In this document: positions 1 to 14,559 of the stretch, piece after piece | Layout: the number at the start of each line of letters is the position of its first letter | Numbering within the stretch: the stretch's first letter is position 1 | Origin: Rhina ancylostomus | Taxonomy: Eukaryota | NCBI GenBank assembly: GCA_030265395.1 | Contig: JARFYF010000104.1 | Location: 56,245,472-56,309,471, forward strand | Reading direction: 5' to 3' | DNA length: 64,000 nucleotides | Program-made: the position numbers and the translations under genes | Notes under the pieces: model-generated | Databases searched by the model: none | The model's input: only the letters and a program-made list of their open reading frames with translations | Told to the model about the DNA's origin: nothing

Positions 1-283
1 TCTACCCCACTGTGATAAGACTATTGAACGGTTCCCTTATACGATGAGATGGACTCTGACCTCACGATCTACCTTGTCATGATCTTGCACCTAATTGCAC
101 TTTCTCTGTAGCTGTGACACTTTACTCAGTACTGTTATTGCTTTTACTTGTATTACCTCAGTGCACTCTGTACTAACTCAATGTAACTGCACTGTGTAAT
201 CAATTGACCTGTACGATTGGTATGCAAGACAAGTTTTTCACTGTACCTTGGTACAAGAGACAATAATAAACCAATACCAATAC
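1..283 (+). mobile_element. 3' end of a Rex1/Babar-like non-LTR retrotransposon
   Basis: The frame from position 3 reads YPTVIRLLNGSLIR* (SFYP.AIRLLN-type ORF end), followed by a UTR, AATAAA and a (CCAATA)n tail. Confidence 0.6.
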
Positions 284-289
284 TTTGAT

Positions 290-505
290 CACTTTGCACT
301 AAAATGGACTTTGTGGTTTTTTTGTTCTAATTGTGTTCTTTCTTGTAAAAATTGTTTAATTTATGTTTTAATTTTGTTTTTCTTATGAATGCTGCTTATA
401 TAATGCTATGTGCCTTTGATGCTACTGCAGGTAAGTTTTTCATTGCACCTATGCATACATGTACTTATGCATATGGCAATAAACTCAACTTTGACTTTGA
501 CTTTT
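290..505 (+). mobile_element. Retroposon 3' UTR fragment with (CTTTGA)n tail, copy 1
   Basis: Clearly homologous to 7760-7972 (tgcactaaaatggactttg...actgcaggtaagtttttcattgcacc...aataaactcaactttgactttga). Confidence 0.7.
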
Positions 506-1409
506 ATGTAGCTTTGAAAATGTTTTTCTTTACTGTAAAAATTGTAGTGACCTTGTATTTTTACTGCCATCTTTGATTTTAACCAATTTGATTCCATTGC
601 CATATTCTATGTCCAACAGCAAAGGCTGTTTTGATTTATTCTGGTACTTGTATTGCTCAGATCACTCTCAACAAGACAGTAAATGGCTATTAAATGGTAC
701 TCATGTTACCATTAAATTGGCTGTCATAAAAAAAGGCAAAAATAGCCTTAAGCAAACTTTCTACCTTTTCCCAAGAATGAGAACATTTTGTAATGATAAA
801 GCATATCTGTAAATGACAAGAATTAGAATTGTAGAATTTTATAGCACAGAACGAGGCCATTTAGTGCTTTGAGGCTATGCTAACTCCAGAAGAGTCATTT
901 GCTTAATCTTGAACCTACCCTTTCCTAAAGCATTGCAAACAACAATGTTGAGCATTTTCCCACATGTTAAAATTCCCACAAATTTGAACACAAATTTATG
1001 GATTCTTAATCTATCACTTAATCCAGAGGAGAAATTCATCTTTGATTGCTAATACTGAATGTGTTCCAGAGTATCAGTATTGTTTGTGTTGGTCTCCAAA
1101 CACTTGAAATACATGCAGAGTTGCATAGCTGGAACTTAATGCCCTTGCATTCATTCATGCAATAAACTAAAAAAAAGATTTCTCCCTTGAACAACTCTTT
1201 GTAACAAGAAGTTAAATTCCAATTCTTTCTTTCATTTTGTAATGGAACTAGTTGTTAACTCACCCACAATTGAAATAGTTACTCCTTAGTTATTTTATCA
1301 GCGTCCATTTACATTTTGACAGTGGTATCCAATCTCCTTGTAAAAATCTGCTTCTTTAAAAGAACTCTGGTTTCTCTTTATTCAAACCTGAAGTTTCCAT
1401 CTCTGCAAC

Positions 1410-3130
1410 TATGGAGTCACAGAAAGAAACCATTTGACCAATCATGCCTATGCCTGCTCTTTGAAAGAGCTATCCAATTCGCCCCACTCTACTAACCTTT
1501 TCTCATGGCTCTGTAACTTGCTCTTTCAAATATCTATCAGATTCCACCTGTAATGTTTCTCAACTCTGGTTCTTGTCAATTATTTATACTCTGTCCTTTG
1601 GTTTATCTGCTCATCTGCAACTGGGAGCAGTTTCTCCTCATTTAGTCTAATACATCCTCTCGATTTTAAATGCATCTGTTAAATCACCTCTTAGATTTTC
1701 CTGCTGTAAAGTGAACAGCCCCAGCCTCTCTAGTATCTCCATGCAACCAAAGCTCCACATCCCTCATACCATGTTCTTAGATCTTCCCTGCATTGTCTCC
1801 AAGGCCTTAATATCTTTCCTAAAGTGTTGGTGCCCAGAATGGATGGAATATTTCAGGAGAGGCCTGGATAGATCATCTGCATCCACTTGTGTCCTTGGTC
1901 TTCCTTCTTGGGCATCGAGAACTGGGCACAATATTCTGACTGCAATGGCAATTTGAAAATTTTAGTTCAGGTTTATTTTTAAATCTTTAAGAGATGAAAG
2001 TGGCCACAAGCAATGAGATAAGAGCAGATCATTCAGTCTCTTGAACCTGTAAAAAGGTGTAAGGTAACAAACACATCAACTGACTATAGTTCTGTAACCT
2101 AACAAAATTATTTTCTTATATTAGTTCATCAACCTTAAATATTGACTGTTTTTCGCTGTCCACAGACCCTGCCTGACCTACTGACTATCTTGAGCAACTT
2201 CTTTTATTATTTCTTATTTCTATTATTGGCAATATTTTGCCTCTTAAGTCTTTAGCCAGGAAGTGCTTCTTCACAGCACTCCTGAGCACCCCCTTTGCTT
2301 GAATCCTGTTCTCTATCACTACCATAAAGATTAGCTTGCCAATTCTTCTAATAATAAACGCATTGCATAATTTACCCCTTGATATTCTATACTCAAAGCA
2401 ACACAATCTTAACTATGCAACCTATCATGATAGCCAGCTTGATATTATAGTGAATCTGCACTGTGTCTTCTCCAAGGCTATTCTCTGCTTCCTGAAGTGT
2501 AGTGCTCAACACTGAGGTTTTACTCCTCCCTACATTGGGCCTGAAATTATCTTTGTTTAACTGTATCATCACTTAGTTCCTTCATATTCCACCCCTCCTG
2601 AGATAAAGCAGAGTACTCCATTGGCGTTTTTAATGGCTTTTGTATCTGCTTTTACTGATGTCTGTAACTGGACCCCCTAAATATCTCTGCTCATTCACAG
2701 TACCTAATTTCTCAACATATAGTGAAAACTCCAATCCATCTTTCTTGAGTCAATGTAGGCAAGTTTACATTTCCTCGTATTGACCTTTATCTACTATAAT
2801 TATGCCCACTTACTTAATTTATCAAAATGCCCTTGCAACTTCTCCCATCTGCACTATTTACGGTTGCATACAACTTGGAACTCAACAGGAAAATTGAATA
2901 TTGTTGCTCTCAGTTTTATTATCTAAGTAATTTATATGTACACTGTAAAGCTGAAAGCCAATGTCGATCTCTGAAGATGTCACCAACTAAATTACATATA
3001 TTTTATCAGATGTTTTCTTCATTGCTTTCTCTCAATCAATTCCCTACCTACGTTAATCAGTTTTTTCCAGTTCCATGATTTCATACTTCTGTTAACATTG
3101 TCTTATGTGAAACATTAGTGGCCAGGTTGT
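1410..3130 (-). mobile_element. Highly decayed CR1-type LINE fragments
   Basis: Reverse-strand motifs typical of CR1 ORF2 3' regions (ttcctaaagtgttggtgcccagaatggatggaatatttcagg; ttcctgaagtgtagtgctcaacactg). Interrupted, with no ORF. Confidence 0.5.
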
Positions 3131-3169
3131 CATAAAAAATGTTTGAGTGAATAAAATATCATGCAGATG

Positions 3170-4375
3170 CCGAATGTAAACTCTCTGCTACCTCCCAGCT
3201 AGATAATGTAGAACATTAAGCCATTATTCCCTTAAGACATTATCTCCTCTGAAGATCTTCCACCTTAGCCTCCAATTTTAAAGCCAATCAACTGCTCACT
3301 GCCTCTGCCCCCTTTCTACAAATCCCAAATGGACTCACATCTGTAACCTAGCACGCCTGCCTGAAAATCATTGGCTTCTTCCTTGAATAGAAACCCAATC
3401 ATTTCCACCCATCACCGTTTGCTCCATCTAGTTGAACATCATAAGGGTGCAGTTAACCCTCATAACTGTACATTTATTTATACCTCAAAATAAAGGTACA
3501 GTTATGGGAGTTCATCAGACTCATAGCTATGTCTGTCTTTTTTGTGGAATGGGGGAGTTCCTCAGTCCTCTCCTCATCTTTTCTTCTTGTGCTCTTATGC
3601 AGTTTCTGCTTCTGCCTCTAATTATAAAAATCAATTTTGCTTCCANNNNNNNNNNNNNNNNNNNNNNNNNNNNNNNNNNNNNNNNNNNNNNNNNNNNNNN
3701 NNNNNNNNNNNNNNNNNNNNNNNNNNNNNNNNNNNNNNNNNNNNNCTCATCTTTTCTTCTTGTGCTCTTATGCAGTTTCTGCTTCTGCCTCTAATTAGAA
3801 AAATCAATTTTGCTTCCAATTTTCACCTCCACTCACTAATGGCCTTTTTAGTTCACGTGAAGTAAAATTATTATTCTAGCTAATCACAGTTGCAATAATT
3901 AACCCACTAGTTAGCCACTTCACATTGATCTTTATCTGCTTTGCCCTTACTTTTCCAACTGCTCTTTCATAATTTTTGGGAATAAGGTGTTGACCAACAC
4001 TTATTTTATCAACTTATTTCAATGGTTACCTTAATTATATAAGCTCCCACTTCTTTTACTCCCTCTCAGTTTCTGTCTCACTCATATCAGATTTAATGAT
4101 GCCACTTTTTATTCCATCTGAGCATTCCCCTTCAGAAAAGTTAATCAGGTCCTTACTCCTATCTGTCTCATTATCTGAGCATCAGCTCTCACCTCTTCCC
4201 ATCCCTCCTGGTATCATGATGGGGCTCCCTCCTAATTCACACTTCACTTTCAATAGATTATTTTCCAACATTTTTGCCTAATCAGGGTAATGCTCCCATC
4301 AAATACATTTGCCACTTCCCTTCTTTTCAACATTCAGCAGAATTCACTGTTCCCTCTGTGGCAACTGGTCCACTC
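3170..4375 (+). mobile_element. Decayed Penelope-like element, reverse transcriptase region
   Basis: The ORF at 3432 contains NKGTVMGVHQTHSYVCLF, matching the Penelope RT motif Q.KGVAMG..MGPSYACLF. Frameshifted and contains an N gap. Confidence 0.55.
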
Positions 4376-4389
4376 CTCAATCAGCTCAA

Positions 4390-5825
4390 TTTAAATAGAG
4401 ACAGTTACCTCTAGGTATGAAGGATGAATTATCTGGAGTTGCCTGGAAAAATAGGCTGAAGGAAAGGTGAATAAATGAGCCATGGCAGATTCGTAAACAG
4501 TTATTTCATAATGCTCAGGAGAAATTTATCCCAATCCAAAAGAGGGACCTGTTGAGAAAGATGAACAATGTATGGTTACCGAAGCAGGTCGAGGAAAATA
4601 TTAAATCAAAAACTAGAGCATACAAAGTATTAAAGGCTAGTGATGGACCAGAAGACTAAGAACTTTTCAGGCATCAGCAGCAGAAGACTAAAAGTCAAGA
4701 GCTATAGTGGATATATAAAAAGGAAGATAATAATTAAGGTATGTGTGCGATTCCTGGAGAGTGAGACTGAGGAATTAATAATGTGAAATAAAGAAGTGTG
4801 ATGTAAGTTAGACCAATACTTTGCTTCAGTCTTGACAGTGGAGGACTTTTCAAATGTTGCCAGGATAACAGATGGGTTATTTTCCAATTGGAGGGAAGAA
4901 CACGTAACAATCCCTATCACAAGGGACAAAGTATTACAAAAACTAACAGGACTAAAGACAGACAAATCACCAAGACCCAGTGGTCTACATCCAATGATTT
5001 AAAGGAAGAGGCTGCAGAGATAATAGTGCCATTGATTGAAAGTTTTCAAAACTCGCTGAGTTCTGGGAGGGTACCTACGGATTGGAGAACCATAAATGTG
5101 ATGCTCTTGTTCAAGAAGGGAGGGAGACAGAAGGTCAGAAACTCTAGGCCAGTTAACTTAAGCAAGATGCTGGAGTCTACAATGAAGGGAATAAAAGCTG
5201 TTCATGGCTTTGTGAAAGGGAAACTATGTTTTACAAATTAGGTACAATTCTTTGAGAATGTAACAATTGAGGTCAGTAGAGGGGAATCTGAAGTTGTAGT
5301 GCAACTTGGATTTCCAGAAGACATTTGACAAGATGCAACATAAAAACTACTGCACAAGGTAAGAGCCCTGTGTCATGGGGTATTGTGTTAACATTGACTG
5401 AAGATCAGTTATCAGACAGAAAAATGAGAGTCAGAATAAATGGGTCTTTTTCGGACTGAAAAGACATAACTGATGGAGTGCCCCAAGGATCAGTCCTTGG
5501 TCCTCAATAATTTACTAGCTACATTAATGATTTGGAGTAGGGAGCAGAATGTAAGGTATCCAGGTTTACTGATGACACAAAAATAGGTGGAAGAACATGC
5601 TGTGATGAGGATATTTAGACTCTGCAACAGATTATAGATAGACTGAGTGGATAGGCAAAACTTGGCAAATCAAGTTTAATGTAGAAAAGTGTGAGGTAGG
5701 AGTAATCAAAAGGCAGTCTAAATGGAGAGATCCTTCAGAGGAATCTAAGTATTTTTGTGCATGAATCACAAAAGATTAGCATGCACATTTAGTAAGAAAT
5801 TAAAAATGCAAATAGCATCATAAGA
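4390..5825 (+). mobile_element. CR1/HER1-type LINE ORF2 fragment (pseudogenised RT)
   Basis: KEEAAEIIVPL..FQNSLSSGRVPTDWR..NV..LFKKGGRQ...N.RPVNL, HGFVKGKLCFTN, GVPQGSVLGP (~5475) and FTDDTKIGG (~5565), with many stops and frameshifts. Confidence 0.9.
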
Positions 5826-7759
5826 CAATTTTTCATAGCTCTACCATTTACAGTATCTCTTGAATCATCTTTTATTTCTTTGGTTGTCCTTACCATTCTC
5901 TTGCATTGCACCTTCATCCCATTTGTTATTCAAACTCTCCAGCTTTCAACTCTTTCACAGATCTCTCCATTTGTTCCCTCCTTCCCTTCTTCTGTACTTG
6001 CATTAATAACATTATGCAGTTCTGAAAATTGGTGATTGACCTGAAATGTTTGCAAGTACTTTGTTTCTCTCTCCACAACAAGTCTTATTCTTTTGCTGTA
6101 GATCCATGGAGCAGTACAGGCTAAATGAGCCAAATCCATTCCTGTATCTGTGAACATCAGGTGAAATTATATTAAATAGGTGAAAAGGGAAACATAGGAA
6201 CCATCAGTTCCCTGTTCCTGAAATATGGCCAGTTTTTGAAAGCCCTGTAGTCCTCAGAGTGTGCAATAATAGAGGCCTTCCAGTAAAGAAAAAAACATAA
6301 AAGCTATGATTTTGAGAATAAAAGCTAGTTTTTCACAACTTTTTCCTTTTTCTCAGAGATACTGTCATATCAGAAAACTGAAGTACCACCATCAGCCTTG
6401 AACCCTCTGTAACTCAGAAACATCATTCACCTAAATGTACCAATCTCTTAACAGGAGTAAAATCTGAGGGGTAGTCCAATGCATGGATGGAATTCAAAGT
6501 TTCTTACATCCCATTATGCTTGTGCTAGTATTTTTAAAGAACCCTATGAAATAGCAGTGCCTGTGAGACACATTCAGCCACCAGTATGCTACTGTATACC
6601 CATGTTATGCAGTAAAAGACTTGTAGCAGCTGAACTGCACCGTGGTGTAATACAGTGATCTGTGCCCAGCAGCACTATACCCCACTGAATCTATATAAGG
6701 ATAGGTGGAAAAAGCTGGGTGAAAGAGCTAGATTATAAGGAGCATAATTAGTGGGGGAGTAGGATAGCTGTCATGGTTCTGAGATTTGGCCCTCAATTTG
6801 GCTCCATTAATGCCTTGTTGTCCAGCACATGGATTCCATGCTGGANNNNNNNNNNNNNNNNNNNNNNNNNNNNNNNNNNNNNNNNNNNNNNNNNNNNNNN
6901 NNNNNNNNNNNNNNNNNNNNNNNNNNNNNNNNNNNNNNNNNNNNNAGTATCCTGACTCCAGTCTTGTATCGGTGTGCCACATTTGGGTTCTCTGAGTTTG
7001 CTCTGGATCAACATTGTGACAATAGCTTTGTGCGCCAGTATAGTCTTCATGGACTGAAATGATATGGAAATATGGAATATGAAGCAGTTTAAAGGAGGGA
7101 AGAAATAAAAAAGCCCGGAAGTGTACAAAGGCAATTCCAAAAGTTTGGGCTGGACAGCTGGAGACTGAAGGACTCCAAACAGTTATAGAATTAGGAGATG
7201 TGTCACAAGAAGTGTTGAATGCAATGATAATACCTTTTTAATTTGAAATTCTGTTGACCCAGAGACATTATAGGTCAGCAAGCCTTCCAAGGATGGAGAA
7301 ATGGTTCCATTAAAAATAGGATATAAGCACTAAAATTACCTTAAGTGTTCATATTAACATGCTAATATGAGCATTTTTACAATTCTTTTGTGTTAACATG
7401 TTGGTTTATTCTTTGACAAATCATAAGGATATTGATATAAATGCTCATGGTTAGAAATGTTTTCAACTAACTGCTTGAAACTCCTGGTTTTTAAAATCTT
7501 GCATGTTCTTCATTAGCAATAAAGAAAGAACAAAATTCCTCTGGTTTCTGTACAGAATATATTTATTAAAAGAAACGGATTCACAAGAGTGATTTCACTT
7601 TATGCTTGAGATAACGTTTATGAACAGCGCAACCTTGGCTAGTGTTTGTAGCATCATCTGACAGCTTGATAGATTCTTTATTTCCACTGAGTCAGAAGGG
7701 TTCTTGAATCAAACTGCACAACCCTAATCACTACCTCAGTATAGCAATACGATGACCAC

Positions 7760-7972
7760 CCTGCACTACAATGGACTTTGTTTTTTTCTTGTTCTAATTG
7801 TGTTCTTTCTCGTATAATTTTGTATAAGTTATGTTCTTAATTTATGTTTTTCTTGCGAATGTGTATCTGATACGATGTACCTGTGATACTACTGCAAGTA
7901 AGTTTTTCATTCCACCTATCCATACATGTAGTGGTGTATATGACAATAAACTCGACGTTAACTTTGACTTTG
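7760..7972 (+). mobile_element. Retroposon 3' UTR fragment with (CTTTGA)n tail, copy 2
   Basis: Homologous to 290-505, with AATAAA and a short tandem tail. Confidence 0.7.
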
Positions 7973-9334
7973 AAGGTGCGGTCTCAATGAGAAGAGACAA
8001 GCGGGTCCGGGTCTGAGTTCTGCATTGTAATCAGCGGGATATTCCTGTTCAGGGGATTTGGGTAATTCTCCATCCTGCACCCTTCTTATCATGTGGATTG
8101 TGAGAATTCGTAAACCTTCCCGTTTTAAACGACAAACCACCCTATTGACTGCTGTAAACTTAGATGATGCAGCGTGAGGAGTGTTCACTTCGCTATCAGT
8201 CGGATTGTCAATCACCCAGTGAAGCCCACTGCGCCACGTTTATTTCAAGGAAAGAATGCGAAAATACGAAAACAATAGAACAAGTTTGTTAAAGGTTGTT
8301 GTCAGATCCAATGTCATTTATCCCTTATGATCCGTGTGTAAAACAGAAATGGTCCTTTAATAGCAATTTGATGAATAGTAAATTGTAGTAGATTTTATGT
8401 TTATTAAGTTTATATATTTCTGACTGCAGAGTGCCAAAAAATTGCGTTTCACCCACAGGTCAAAAGTTAACCATTGGAACTATTTGATTTAGTTTTCCAG
8501 CCAGTTGTGACATAAGCCAAATCGTGTACGGAATACACTTCGAAGTTAACAAAATATTTTCCCCAAATCAATTCAAATCGGTTACATAATAAATATTTGT
8601 GAAATATACTTTCTGTGTTCATTGAAGCTTACAGGCTTGGGATGAAATCATAGCACACTCCACTGAAATTCCTTGGTCGGTAAGATTTCAAAATGTTTAT
8701 TTATTGGACTTTTGTAAGGGGCAGAGACACTGGTCATACAGGATGATCTTGTGCGTACATGTGCGAATATTAACGATTTTACTGCTGAACTCAAGAAAAT
8801 GTTGCCTTTGTTCATTTTTCGTTACATTTTTTATTAAGATGTTATCATATTGAAACTGAAGGCAGCATGGTGGAGTATTAATACCAAAGCTATGAAGTGT
8901 TCATCTGTCATTTAGGGCACGTCATTCCCAATGCGTTAACGCCACACAAAACAGCGAAGATCGACGTGTCATGTGGACAACACCAAAGGAGAGAAAAATC
9001 AGAGGAAAGTCAGGTTTAGGTATCTGCCAGCGGTTGGTGCGGAATGCCCTAGAAACGAATTGCTGACCCAGTTTTTTTGACCATAACTGTCAGGCTGAGT
9101 GGAAAAGGAGAGAAAATAACTGAAAAACAGAAAGCCAACATGTCCCATCCCGACAAAGTCTTAGAGATTATGAGATCAGTGTACTAATAAAGTACGATTC
9201 AGATTAGTTTAAATTGTGTCGAACAAAAACCGACTGAATTAGCATTGTGCACATCTTCAGGGTAGAGCATCCCTTTCGCCCTTTCCTTATTTAAACGTCA
9301 GTTCAGCGTCTTGCACGTTTTGCTACTGGGAGTA

Positions 9335-9725
9335 CTTAAGCATCTAACAGGAATTGTTGGCTGGGATTTCAGTACAGCACTGAGATAAAGTTGCATCGTT
9401 GGAGGTGGGTTCTCCCAGAAGAGACGGTGAACTGAGGCACCGACAGTTCTCTCGAACAGACATTAAAGATGCCATGACACTATTTTGGAAAGATCTGGGA
9501 AGTTACCTTCGGTGTCCCGGCCAACATTTATTCCTCAACCAACATCACAACAAAGAAAAAAATAATTGATCATATTGCTGTCTATTGGCGCAAGGTCTGC
9601 GTAAAATATCTGACGGATTTCCTATACGCATTACTCGTTAAACGAGCAGTTTAATTAGCTATAAGGTGTTGGGAGGGGGTGAGTGGTGAAAAGGGAGGTG
9701 AAAGGTGCTATATAAATGTAGGTCT
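9335..9725 (+). mobile_element. Deu-domain SINE (SacSINE1/AmnSINE1-like)
   Basis: gacattaaagatgccatgacactattttgga...ggtgtcccggccaacatttattcctcaaccaacatcac, with tail gtgaaaggtgctatataaatgtagg. Confidence 0.75.
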
Positions 9726-12700
9726 TTTCTCTATTTTTGTATTTCACATACCATCTCTTTCTGTACTGGCAAATGTTCTTGAACATCTATTAGAACATTA
9801 CTTTAATGGAAAGGTGATAATTCTATGAAAGAAAACATGAGGGATTAGCATAATGAAAGATAGTCACAGAAGATTTTTTTGTAAAATAAGTTGAGTATAT
9901 GGGATTATTTGATAGTTTGACGATTGCACCTAAGAATAGAACAAGAGCCCATTCTCTCACAACGACTTCGCCATACCACCGTTGAGNNNNNNNNNNNNNN
10001 NGTTATGTGATTCTTCATGAGGAGGAAAGAAGGGAAAGTTCACCTTGAAGAAGTTTCGGGTAGCCTCTTAATGTGCATTTACATTGTGAACGGGATTCAA
10101 CTTTTCACATCTTTTCATAACTTTGGGTTGGAGAGATTTATTTCCGAATGCAGTATGTACATTTATATCGCGCATTAATACTAATTTCCCATCATTCCAT
10201 TTACAGTTTCTTTCTATTTTTTTCTAGTTCCTGGTACGATTTCTTTTGATGATTGATTGATTGGCGGATCACTATTTAACCAAATGCCTTGATTTGAATG
10301 CTCGTGTGCTTATCTATTTGATATTTATTTGTTAATCTTATTATTTGCCCATGTACTTTATCCATTTGGTATTTCCTTTTAAGTTTCTGTAGCATTGTTT
10401 TCTAAGAGTGAATGACATTTATCTTACATTTTCTTCGACAATTTTGTTTTTTTTGTTGCATAGTTCATCTGCTATCGGTTGGCTTTTTTGGACTTTGATG
10501 GACAAGGAAAACCTTTTTTTAAAGCACATTAAATTTACATCCGAATTGATAGTTTTATCAGAGACAACTTAGTTTCGTTCGTTGTCTCGCAACATTGTAC
10601 AATATTTTGGAGCTATTTATGATGGACAATTCACTTTTCTATTCCGTTGCATATTATATGCAACAGATCAGTAACCAGTCGATGTATATATGTTAATTAA
10701 TGTCATCACGGAAGGGCAACAAATTCAAACATGAACATTTGACTTGACTTCGTCATTGATTCCCACATAACGAACTCTGAGCGCTGAATGTCTCCTTGAA
10801 GCTATCTCCAGCGCTATGTCACTTGTGGCCAAGGAACAGGATGGCTAAATTGTCTGTTTCTGATATGGAGGAAAGATAACATATACACATATATCATTTT
10901 TTTAAAAAGTACTAGTTCACGTGTTGGGAATATATAGAATTAGGCTTCGATCTACTGCTTACAGTAGATTTTGAGATGTTCCGAGCTTTAACACAAAGAC
11001 TGATCTTCCTTGAAACTCTGAGTTCTAACCTCTAATGCGCGAAATGATGACAGGTATTATATTTTAATAGTACTTTTGAGACGTACGTACAACAAAATGT
11101 GCAGGTGAAAGCCTTATGAATCAGTAGATACATCAAATACAGAAAATTCAAAGTCAGCATCTGTCCACGTGGTCTTTAAATTTTGACCAAGGTAAAAGGC
11201 TTAAGCAATGAGCTGCAAATTAATAGTCGTTCTGTTTATATATTTCATTACATTAAAGGAATAAATGGTGGTTCAGACTTCCTCATATAGCTTTTTAAAA
11301 ATATGCTTGCTTATAGCTTAAACTGGAGACATTCCAGCATCTATAAATGCAGAGGGTATTCACATTAAAAACAACTTGGGCAGTATATTCCGGTTATTTT
11401 GCTTCCACGGTACTGAAAATCACCAATTAGACTGCCATTTTCCCTGTCCGTTTATTGACTAGGTGCAAGAGGTTATTCCAGCCGTGCTCTTCAGGTGACT
11501 CGGGTTCATTGATCTTTTTCCAGGGCGATGTAAATCTATGTATTCCACTTATAATCATCACCTCTGGTTCTGTTCATTATTCCCCCATCAGGAAAAACTC
11601 CAGTGGAAACACTGCAGCAGATCAAAGGTCACATTAGCGCCTAAATCAGTGGATCGGTACTTGAAATCCTCCTCGAAGTACCGGAATAGGCTTCGATGCG
11701 ATTCTGAGAAGTAGCTGAAGAATTATGTGGCAAATAGGGTTGCTGAATTGCAAGTGAAGCACAACCTTTGTCAACCTCTGAATTTAAGACTTTGCAGACT
11801 CATACAGATCGGCCACATTTTCTCTTTAATTGCTCATGCGCCATACTCTGGAATCTTAAAGCCCAGTGTAGTTTTATCAATCATCAGCATTTGGAATCAA
11901 CAAAGTCAATCACATAAAAGTAACTCCTTTTAAAACTTTGTTATTTCGGTTTCTCGTTTTACCAATGGCGACACTTGCAAAATGTGAGTACACCGAGATA
12001 ATCAAAAGGAATGACAGCTAAATATATTTCCATATCCTTTCAATGTTAGCTGGGGGCTTATTGAGGAATTGATAGCTAAGACCACACAACCGAAGGAAGA
12101 ACCTGGATTGCCGATGAATACACACAGCTTTATCGAGCACGATAATAATATTCCTACTTGTGAACACTCACATTTAGACAATTTGGATTATTCTCACCGA
12201 TATCAATTGAAAGTTGTGAAAAGGACTTCAAGAGTATGAAAGTTGTAAACCGTAAGCTGCTGCACTGAAGCAATGTAAAAGCAGAGAAAACTGTGTATGT
12301 TTAGATAATAGAACGCCTACTATGATGAATGAAACCAATACTATTGATACAACGATAAATAATGATCGCAAAGGTTAGTTCTGGGTCTTGCTTCACTCGA
12401 TATATTAATGAATAGAAAGGACCAGCGATGGCAAGAGCTTCAAATAATTATTGCGCCCTGATATCAGTTAGGGCGTTAATATACACAGTACATTTTAATG
12501 CGGTGTGGGCTAATGATGCACGATGTTAATCACATTGCAGATACTTACAACGCAACATTTTGAATATTTGGCTAAAGCAGGTGATGACAATTAAAGAAGA
12601 AACATAGTACTCACATACTGAATGTCAAATTAAAAAATAACTGAGAATTTTGGAATTGAATAAGTTCTGATGGTAATTATATTTATACATGTATAATGTG

Positions 12701-14559
12701 TGTAAAAAGAGGCAGCCTATATGTTCACTTGATCAAATTAATTTAACTTGATCAAAAAAATTTAAGAGCTGTTCAAGACCAAGATCTGATTGTACTCCAT
12801 GAAAACGTCTGACTATGGGGAAACACATGGGATTTGTTTCACACATAACGTGGCATTAGAAATGATTATTTAATTTTTATGTTCCGAGTTAGCTGCGAGG
12901 GCTCCAATATAACTTCAAGTGAACATCCCAGCCCCTCCCTTTCATTAAATTGCCTCTTAAGTGAAAACAAACTATTAGCGATCTTCAGCTATTAGGATCA
13001 GAGTTAAGGTTACACCTTTAGGAGTATTGCGATCCTAAACCAAAGGGCATTTAAATTCTTTTAAATATTTTAGAATGAAGATTTTCAATGTTTAACACTG
13101 TAAGTTTAGATAAAGTTTATCCGTACTTCTTATTTATCAGCATTTCCAAATTCGGATTTTATAAAACATCCAGTGATCTGAATATGTGTATTTGGTTTGA
13201 TGTGTTACATCTACTTTACAGTTGATATTTAGTTGGTTCATAAAGTCGCAAACAGTTCAATTCTGTGTCTATTGTCCAATAGCTATTTTTGATTATTTGA
13301 TGATATTAATTTTCTTATAAAAGCATTTTAGGTAATCAGGATCTAAGCGGCGATCCTGTCTAAACCCACCTGTTTTAGTCTATGAATGAACAAATGTTTA
13401 AATATACGATTAAGACCATCAACTAAAGCATTTTATCTTAGATCTTAATATATTGTTATTACATGACGAAATATTGGCGATACCTTTCTTCCCTTAGGTT
13501 AAGTTGTATCTAAGGCTATATCATATTGGGCATTTTATATTCTTTGAATTTCATCTCTGACCCGAGTGCTCTTCAGAAACTCGAAAAACAGAACATGTAG
13601 CCCACCGGCACATCTCTGCAAAACGGATAATTCATGTTTCGGACTGAAATCCGTCAGGGATGAGTCAAGAATTGTTTTTTTTTTATCATAAACACTTCCA
13701 CGTGTTGTTCTGGCTCTTTCAAGAGCAAAATAAACAATATTTTTAAGTGTTAGAGTAATATGAGTCGAAAACTGATGTTAGATGTGTGCTAGAAATCATG
13801 CTTTGAGCTTTCCCGTGAGGTTATACCCAGCTAAGGCACTTGATCTGGGCATTGCCTTTATATATAATGAGTCTGAACGAGCGTTGTTATGGTGTTATAT
13901 ATGTAAAACATACCGAAAAAAAAATCAACGTTCCAAGTGTCGTCAAAGAGACCCAGGTTTCAGTAACTCGAGGTTTTGAATGAAGTCATTTGCGTTTTTG
14001 CAGGACGATGTAAGCACGCCCAAAGAAATTCGTATTTATTATATAAGAGACACTGACGGAAATGTGTAAATTCACGGACAGTTGTTGGTATTTGAACTGC
14101 TGCGAGACTTTCCCATTGACACGAATGAATTAGTATTTAAAACTTCCTTAAAGTTGCATTGCGGTCACCGGTTAAAGGTCAAGTGCGGCAGTAACTGAAC
14201 ATCTGAAATGCCTGTGGAACAAGTGCAATGCTGTGCTAGCAATTGCTGCACATATTTTCTACTCCAATTTTGATACCACTTTAGCTTGTGTTGCAGACAG
14301 AAATATGGCCGAGTGAGTCCGATCCACCAATTTTTAACCGTGGGTACAGTAATCAATCAATAGTTTCTCATAAAATGTGGTAATAACTGGAGCAAATACT
14401 ATTTTATATTAGAATAATGTCAATTTTGTGTGATAGTACGAGCATGGGGGTTGGAGCATGAGCAAACGTTTGGTAATGTGCCCCCTCCCATTAAGAGTCA
14501 ATTCGATACAATTTATAAACAGCGACGCCGTATTTAAGAAGAAAACCGAAAGCTAACCA

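Noticed and set aside
3573-3818. ~72 bp direct duplication on both sides of a 100-N gap
   Set aside because: Near-identical copies (one mismatch) abutting a fixed-size gap indicate unmerged contig or haplotype overlap, an assembly artefact.
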